A DNA stretch of 56,616 bases. It comes from Planctomycetota bacterium (GTDB taxonomy: Bacteria; Planctomycetota; Planctomycetia; Pirellulales; Lacipirellulaceae). The stretch spans positions 1 to 56,616 of the forward strand of contig JBCCXZ010000019.1 in assembly GCA_039190745.1 (NCBI GenBank), in the 5' to 3' direction. The notes beneath the pieces were generated by a model. It saw only the letters and a program-made list of their open reading frames with translations. It ran no database searches and was not told where the DNA came from. Shown here one piece after another: positions 51,005-56,616 of the stretch (positions within the stretch are counted from its first letter, which is position 1; each line of letters opens with the position of its first letter). The position numbers and the translations under genes are program-made.

Positions 51005-52528
51005 TTAGCGGGTCCACTCGAGCCACTTGCCCATGATGGACTTCACGGTCGGCGTAAGCCGCGTGCGGTTGTATTGGTCGCCCACCTTGCGGATCGCCTC
51101 AGCCTGAGTGGGGTAGGGGTGGATCGTCGAGGCGACCTGCTTGAGCCCGATGCCGGCGGTCATTGCCAAGCAGATTTCGGAGATCATGTCGCCCGCGTTG
51201 GGCGCTACGATCGTAGCGCCGACGATTTTATCGCTGCCCTTTTTGAGGTGCACGCGGACGAAGCCCTCGGTCTCGCCTTCGAGGATGGCGCGGTCGACTT
51301 CGCTGAGCTCCTGGGTAAATGTCTCGATCTCGACGCCCTGCTTCGCGGCGTCCTCGGGGGAGAGCCCCACGTGGGCGATCTCGGGCGTGGTGTAGGTCGA
51401 CCAGGGGATGGTGAGCGAGCTGGCTTTGGCCCGGCCCTTGAACAGCGTATTCTGGATCACGGTGCGGGCCATGAAGTCGGCCGCGTGCGTGAACTTGTAC
51501 GGCGAGCAGATGTCGCCCGCGGCGTAGATGCTAGGGTTGGTCGTCTGCAGGTAGTCGTTCACTGCGACGCCGCTGCGGGCGTCGTACTTCACGCCGACCT
51601 TGTCGAGGCCAAGGCCCTCGACGTTGGGCGCTCGGCCCACGGCGACGAGCAGTTTGTCGACCTCGATGTCGTACTTCTGCCCCTCGCTTTCCACGGTCAG
51701 CCGGACCCCGCCTCCGTCGGCCGGCTTGAGCTGAAGATTCTTGCCGCAGCAAAGGAACTTCACGCCGTCGCGGGCCATCGACTCTCTTACGATGTTGGCA
51801 GCGTCCTGGTCTTCGCGGGGCATGATGCCCTGGGTGGACTCGACGACGTACACCTCCGAGCCGAGCAGGGCGAACGCTTGGGCCAACTCGCACCCGATGG
51901 GCCCGGCGCCGATCACCCCGAGCCGCTGGGGCAGCTCGGTGAGGCTGAAGACGGATTCGTTCGTGAGGTACTCGACACTGTCGAGCCCTTGGATGGGCGG
52001 GGCCGCGGCGCGGGCGCCGGTGGCGATCACCGCCCGTTTGAAATCGAGTGTCTGGCCAGCCACCTCGACGGTGTTCGAGCCGGTGAACGCGCCCTGGCCG
52101 AGGAACACGTCGACCCCTAGGTCGCTGAACCGTTTCGCGGAGTCGTTGTCGGCGATGTCGGCCCGCAGTTTCCGCATCCGGTCCATGGCGCGTCCGAAGT
52201 CGACGCTGTACCCGCCGGGGACGTCCACGCCGTACTCGTTGGCGTACTTCACGGCGCGGGCGGCGCGGGCGGCGCTGATGACCCCCTTGGAGGGGACGCA
52301 GCCGACGTTGAGGCAGTCGCCGCCCATCAGGTCGCGTTCGATCAGGGCGACTTTGGCCCCCAGCCCGGCGGCCCCGGCGGCGGTCACGAGCCCTGCGGTG
52401 CCGGCGCCGATCACCACCAAGTTGTAGCGGCCCGAGGGCGTGGGGTTGGTCCAGTCGGGCGGGTGGACGTTGGCTTCCAGAGCCTGGTTGTGCTCGTCGT
52501 ATGGCTGGAGCTGGATCATTTCAGACAT
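51005..52528 (-). CDS. Mercuric-reductase-like pyridine nucleotide-disulfide oxidoreductase (not a true MerA)
   Basis: GAGTAG, GGDCLNVGCVPSK, GAGPIG, HPYPTQAE; no C-terminal Cys-Cys pair and no HMA domain. Confidence 0.9.
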   Translation of the reverse strand: MSEMIQLQPYDEHNQALEANVHPPDWTNPTPSGRYNLVVIGAGTAGLVTAAGAAGLGAKVALIERDLMGGDCLNVGCVPSKGVISAARAARAVKYANEYGVDVPGGYSVDFGRAMDRMRKLRADIADNDSAKRFSDLGVDVFLGQGAFTGSNTVEVAGQTLDFKRAVIATGARAAAPPIQGLDSVEYLTNESVFSLTELPQRLGVIGAGPIGCELAQAFALLGSEVYVVESTQGIMPREDQDAANIVRESMARDGVKFLCCGKNLQLKPADGGGVRLTVESEGQKYDIEVDKLLVAVGRAPNVEGLGLDKVGVKYDARSGVAVNDYLQTTNPSIYAAGDICSPYKFTHAADFMARTVIQNTLFKGRAKASSLTIPWSTYTTPEIAHVGLSPEDAAKQGVEIETFTQELSEVDRAILEGETEGFVRVHLKKGSDKIVGATIVAPNAGDMISEICLAMTAGIGLKQVASTIHPYPTQAEAIRKVGDQYNRTRLTPTVKSIMGKWLEWTR

Positions 52529-52573
52529 AGTGCATGGTCCGGTGCGGTGGTGGCTGTGCGGTGTTGTCGTGGT

Positions 52574-53332
52574 TCAGGCGGCGCCGTTGGCGACGGGCGT
52601 ATCGGTGCTGCCGGGCTTGAACCGGGCCATCAGCCAGCGGGCTGCCAGCGGGAACAAGCCAAGCACCACAAACGCGGCGAAGATTTTGGGCGTGAGGATG
52701 CCGCCGGCTCCGTTCTCGGCCAACTCCGCGAGGGTGGGGACCGACGACCCTGCGTACACGAACACGGCGGTGCCGGCGAGCATGCCGAGCTGGCTCACCC
52801 ACCAAAACGTGAGCGTGCGGATGGGCGTCAGGCCCATCACGACGTTGATCACGAAGAACGGCACGGCGGGGATCAACCGGAGCGTGAACAGGTAGAAGGG
52901 GCCTTCGCGTTCGAGCGCCTGATTGAACTTGTCTAGCCGGTCGCCGAAGCGGCTCTGGATCGAGTCGCGGAACAGGAAGCGACTAATCAGGAATGCCATC
53001 GTAGCTCCGGCTGTGCTGGCGAAGCTGACGAGTATTAACCCGGCCGCCATGCCAAAGAACCAGCCATAGGACAGCGTCAGCACAAGGGCCGCCCCCGGCA
53101 AAGACAATCCGGTCGCTGCTGCGTAGACGAGGAAAGCTAATCCATACGTCAGCACCGGGTGGTCTTGCTGGTACTGCTTGAGCGTCGACTCTTGCGTGGC
53201 GAGGTAGTCGAGCGAGAGCTTGTCGCCGAACTGCCAGACGCCGAATGCGGCGACGGCCGCGACCGCGGCCAAGACGGCGAACTTCTTCCAAGGGGCGGCT
53301 GGAGCGGGGGCTTCTTGAGCGTCGTTATCCAT
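52574..53332 (-). CDS. TVP38/TMEM64 (DedA/VTT) membrane protein
   Basis: LSLPGA, STAGAT..FLISR, LRLIPAVPFFVIN, SQLGMLAGT. Confidence 0.92.
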   Translation of the reverse strand: MDNDAQEAPAPAAPWKKFAVLAAVAAVAAFGVWQFGDKLSLDYLATQESTLKQYQQDHPVLTYGLAFLVYAAATGLSLPGAALVLTLSYGWFFGMAAGLILVSFASTAGATMAFLISRFLFRDSIQSRFGDRLDKFNQALEREGPFYLFTLRLIPAVPFFVINVVMGLTPIRTLTFWWVSQLGMLAGTAVFVYAGSSVPTLAELAENGAGGILTPKIFAAFVVLGLFPLAARWLMARFKPGSTDTPVANGAA

Positions 53333-53479
53333 GGCGGCACTACTTCTTCTTTCCGGAGGTCTGCTTTGCGGAGGTTCTGGGCGGGTGGGGGCTGCTCCCC
53401 ACGCTACACCTATACGTCGCCGGGCTGCGGGTCTCCTTACGACGAATCCGAAAGTAAACCGCTTGATGCCCAGCAGCCG

Positions 53480-53749
53480 CTAGGAAAGCTCTCGCTTCAT
53501 CGCGAGCCGGATGCGCTCGCGGGAATCGCTCGGCAGCCCGTCGTCTTCGACGAGAATGTCGGGCGTGTCCTCCGTTTCCATCGCCGCGAACTCGGCGGTC
53601 GATTGGCTCAGCTGGTCGATGTCTTCCCCGTGGCCCTTGCACCACGGGCAGAGCCGGAGGTGGAACAGCAGCGAGAATTTCTCGCGGAGCGTGAGCTTGC
53701 GCTCCGTGGAATCGGAGGCCAGTCGAGAGGCGTCGTTGCAGTCAAGCAT
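53480..53749 (-). CDS. zf-HC2 (ZAS) soluble anti-sigma factor
   Basis: MLDC...HLRLCPWC (C..HxxxCxxC), directly after an ECF sigma. Confidence 0.85.
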   Translation of the reverse strand: MLDCNDASRLASDSTERKLTLREKFSLLFHLRLCPWCKGHGEDIDQLSQSTAEFAAMETEDTPDILVEDDGLPSDSRERIRLAMKRELS

Positions 53750-53797
53750 GGAGGAGGTGCTCTCGGTGTTGCGGCGGCCAAGCCGGGAGTGTGCGTG

Positions 53798-54379
53798 TTA
53801 TTCGGCGCCGCCGACCCATTTGGTTTTCAAGCAGGCGGCGAGCCTCAATCGGGCCCTGTGCAGCAAGACCCAATAGTTCGACGACGATACGCCCAACACC
53901 TTACAGATTTCTTCGCTCGGCATCTGTTCGATTTCTCTCAGCGTGAATGCGTCGCCCTGCCGTTGGGGCAGGGCCTGGATGCAGCCCTGGAGCGCCTTCC
54001 AAAATTCTCTGTTTTCCAGCGGTTTTGCCGGGTGCTCGCCGAACAGCCGAGGGTCGTCCCGCCAGTGGCCGGTGTCGTCGAAGAGGACGCCGCTGATGTC
54101 GTCGCCCTCGGTATCGACCGTTTGAACTCGTTGCCGCGCGCGGATGTAGTCGATGATCTTCCGTTTGAGGATCCCCAAGAGCCACGCCCGCTCCGCCCCT
54201 CGGCCCTGGAACTGCTTGGCCGCCCGCAGCCCGGCCACAAAGGTCTCCTGCACGACTTCTTCGGAAGCGTCGGCGTCGCGGAGCCGCTTCATCGCGTAGC
54301 GGTACAGGAAGTCGCCGTAGTCGTCCAACCAGCGGTCGGGGTCGATCACGGGCTGCTCGGCGGGCGGCGTGGCGGTCAT
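53798..54379 (-). CDS. ECF RNA polymerase sigma-70 factor
   Basis: WLDDYGDFLYRYA..EEVVQETF..WLLGILKRKIID; EEICKVLG..WVLLHRARLRL..CL; start MTATPP inferred. Confidence 0.92.
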   Translation of the reverse strand: MTATPPAEQPVIDPDRWLDDYGDFLYRYAMKRLRDADASEEVVQETFVAGLRAAKQFQGRGAERAWLLGILKRKIIDYIRARQRVQTVDTEGDDISGVLFDDTGHWRDDPRLFGEHPAKPLENREFWKALQGCIQALPQRQGDAFTLREIEQMPSEEICKVLGVSSSNYWVLLHRARLRLAACLKTKWVGGAE

Positions 54380-54576
54380 ACCGTGAGACGCGTTCGGGTG
54401 GTTCGGAACCACTATTAGTCTACCTGCTGCCTCAGCCGGCACCTACTCCGATCAACCGCCGGGAAGGCCTCTCTGTCGGTCTACGCATGCCGGGGGCCCG
54501 GCCTGGTTGCTATACTGACTGCTCCGCGAGGGCCGGCGCCCCCGCCCCCTTGTCCGCCAGCCCACGGTATCCGCAC

Positions 54577-55722
54577 ATGGCATCGGTCTCGCTCGAGCAG
54601 GTCTGCAAAGTCTACCCCGGCGACGTGTACGCCGTCCGGGATTTCAACTTGGAGATCGCCGACGGCGAGTTCCTCGTCCTCGTCGGCCCCTCGGGCTGCG
54701 GCAAGAGCACGACGTTGCGGATGATCGCCGGGCTGGAGACCATCTCCAGCGGCACGCTGCGGATCGGCGACCGCGTGGTGAACGACGTGCACCCCAAAGA
54801 CCGGGACATCGCGATGGTGTTCCAGAACTACGCGCTCTACCCGCACATGTCGGTGTACGACAACATGGCGTTCGCCCTGAAGATGCGCAAGACGCCGAGG
54901 GCGGAGATCGCCGAGCGGGTGCAGTGGGCCGCGGGGATGCTGGGGCTTGAGCCGCTGCTGGAGCGGAAGCCCCGGGCGCTCTCGGGCGGCCAGCGGCAGC
55001 GCGTGGCGCTGGGGCGGGCGATCGTTCGCAAGCCGGCGGTGTTCCTGTTCGACGAGCCGCTCTCGAACCTCGACGCCAAGCTCCGCGTCGAGACCCGCGC
55101 GGAGATCAAGCGGCTGCACCGCGAGCTGGGAGTGACCACCATTTACGTAACGCACGACCAGGAAGAGGCGATGACGCTGGGCGACCGCGTGGTGGTGATG
55201 TGCGACGGCGTGATTCGGCAGTGCGATTCGCCGCTGGACACCTACCAGCGCCCGGCGGACCGGTTCGTCTCCGGGTTTCTTGGCATGCCGCCGATGAACT
55301 ACTTCGAGGGCGTCCTGCGGCACGAAGACGGCGCCGTGCACTTCAACGGGCCGGCGGGCCGGCTGCGCGTCGACGACGCGCCGGCGGAGTGGCTCCAAGG
55401 CGAGGCGGAGCGGCCTGTGGTGCTCGGCGTGCGGCCGGAGGAATTCACCGTCGTCGACGCCAACGACCACGGCCCGCACACGCTGGCCGCCACCGTGCAA
55501 GTGAGTGAGCCGCTGGGCAGCACGATGGACGTGTACCTCACGGCGGCCGACGGCTCTCGGGTCGTCGCCCGGGTGGGGGCGTACCCCATCGACGAAGGCA
55601 GCGCTGTTCGACTACGAGTCGAGCCGGCCTCGATCCACCTGTTCGAACCCAACGGCACGACGGCCGACGGCAAGGTGGACTACGGCCGCAGCCTGCGGGC
55701 GGTCGGCGAGGCGGTGGCTTAG
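54577..55722 (+). CDS. Sugar ABC transporter ATP-binding protein (MsmK/UgpC/MalK family)
   Basis: GPSGCGKST, VFQNYALYPHM, LSGGQRQR, FDEPLSNLDAKLR, C-terminal TOBE-like region. Confidence 0.95.
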   Translation: MASVSLEQVCKVYPGDVYAVRDFNLEIADGEFLVLVGPSGCGKSTTLRMIAGLETISSGTLRIGDRVVNDVHPKDRDIAMVFQNYALYPHMSVYDNMAFALKMRKTPRAEIAERVQWAAGMLGLEPLLERKPRALSGGQRQRVALGRAIVRKPAVFLFDEPLSNLDAKLRVETRAEIKRLHRELGVTTIYVTHDQEEAMTLGDRVVVMCDGVIRQCDSPLDTYQRPADRFVSGFLGMPPMNYFEGVLRHEDGAVHFNGPAGRLRVDDAPAEWLQGEAERPVVLGVRPEEFTVVDANDHGPHTLAATVQVSEPLGSTMDVYLTAADGSRVVARVGAYPIDEGSAVRLRVEPASIHLFEPNGTTADGKVDYGRSLRAVGEAVA

Positions 55723-55733
55723 AGGCCGGCCGT

Positions 55734-56616
55734 TCAGTCTTCGCCCTGGATGTAGGTCCGCCCGCTGTAGAACTGCGACCAGACCGCGAAAAGGCAGCCC
55801 GCGATTAGCGATGCCGCGGAGAAGGTCCAGAAGTAGTTCTCACCAGTGAGGAAGCTGTAGCCCGCCTCTTCAAGCGATGCGATCTGGCTATTGACGAAGG
55901 CGATGATGAAGTTTGCTGCGGAAACCGAGAGCCAGTACACGCCGATAATGACTGACTTAATCGTCTTGGGCGCCTGCGAGTAGGAGAACTCCAGCGCAGT
56001 GATCGAGAGTACCACCTCGCCGGCGGTAAGCACGGCGTAGGCGAGCAGCTGCCACCACACGCTCGGGGTGTGCCCCTGGTCGATCCAGTTCTGGGCGAGC
56101 GCACAGATCGCAAACGACGCGGCCCCGAAGAAGAAGCCGGCGCCCATCTTCCTGAGCGGGGTCACCTCGACAAACTTCCCCAACGCCGGGTAGATCACCG
56201 TGGCAAACAGCGGGACCAGGATGAGAACCAGGATGGGGTTGGCCGCCTGCAGGGCCGCCACGTCGAGGTTCCAGCCCAGCACGTCGCGGTCCATCTCACG
56301 GGCCTGTACGATCCAGGTCGACTGCGTCTGGTCGAACAGCGTCCAAAAAACGACCAAGAAGATGAAGTAGAGCGGCAAGAGGTTGGCCAGGGCCCTCAGG
56401 CTGTCGGGGCTGACGATCTCTCTGAAAACCTTGTTGCCCGTCGGCGGGATATGTACGAACTTGTTCCGGCCTAGCCAGAACACCCAAGTCGCGAGGCCCA
56501 TCAGCACGCCGGGTACGCCGAAAGCCCAACCGGGGCCGAACTCCCGCAGCAGCCACGGAGTGAGGAGCGTAGAGGTGAACGCCCCCACGTTGATCGCGGC
56601 ACTGGTACTGATCGCC
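55734..56616 (-). CDS. POT/PTR-family proton-dependent oligopeptide transporter (5' truncated by the window edge)
   Basis: AINVGAF, WAFGVPG, FWTLFDQ..STW, NPILVLIL, LTAGEV.LSITALEFSYSQAP. Confidence 0.88.
   Translation of the reverse strand, partial: AISTSAAINVGAFTSTLLTPWLLREFGPGWAFGVPGVLMGLATWVFWLGRNKFVHIPPTGNKVFREIVSPDSLRALANLLPLYFIFLVVFWTLFDQTQSTWIVQAREMDRDVLGWNLDVAALQAANPILVLILVPLFATVIYPALGKFVEVTPLRKMGAGFFFGAASFAICALAQNWIDQGHTPSVWWQLLAYAVLTAGEVVLSITALEFSYSQAPKTIKSVIIGVYWLSVSAANFIIAFVNSQIASLEEAGYSFLTGENYFWTFSAASLIAGCLFAVWSQFYSGRTYIQGED

Noticed and set aside
51005..52528. merA / mercury resistance operon
   Set aside because: No C-terminal Cys-Cys pair and no merR/T/P genes

Overview
GC-rich chromosomal window, most likely from a planctomycete (Pirellulales-like). 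The assignment rests on Planctomycete-type N-terminal LxxExLExRxxL motifs, PEP-CTERM and dockerin-like proteins, a sulfatase, Gfo/Idh/MocA oxidoreductases and a redoxin-monooxygenase fusion. From left to right: a few A/T-richer hypothetical genes; a GNAT; an ECF sigma/anti-sigma/secretin-N-domain operon; mlaEFD-like ABC genes; a PEGA lipoprotein; a PP2C phosphatase; an LptF/G permease; a histidine kinase with a sigma54 response regulator; lexA; two PEP-CTERM proteins plus a decayed paralog; a 3721-aa secreted protein; a redoxin/heme/Cu-monooxygenase; a sulfatase; an internally duplicated LamG/RTX protein; an 8-gene ECF-led cluster (zf-HC2 anti-sigma, DedA, MerA-like flavoprotein, DUF547, ALS, ALDH, MtnK-like kinase); a sugar ABC ATPase; and a truncated POT transporter. 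I saw no rRNA, tRNA, CRISPR array, integrase or transposase. Three observations stand out: (1) the giant protein is built by nested insertion, with about 13 divergent copies of an unrecognised ~75-aa module sitting inside loops of other domains and inside each other; (2) two candidate SOS boxes (TGTAC-N4-GTACA-like) overlap a predicted sigma70 promoter of lexA; (3) the ECF-led redox/membrane cluster ends in an orphan MtnK-like kinase. All family calls come from motif recognition by eye; no searches were run.
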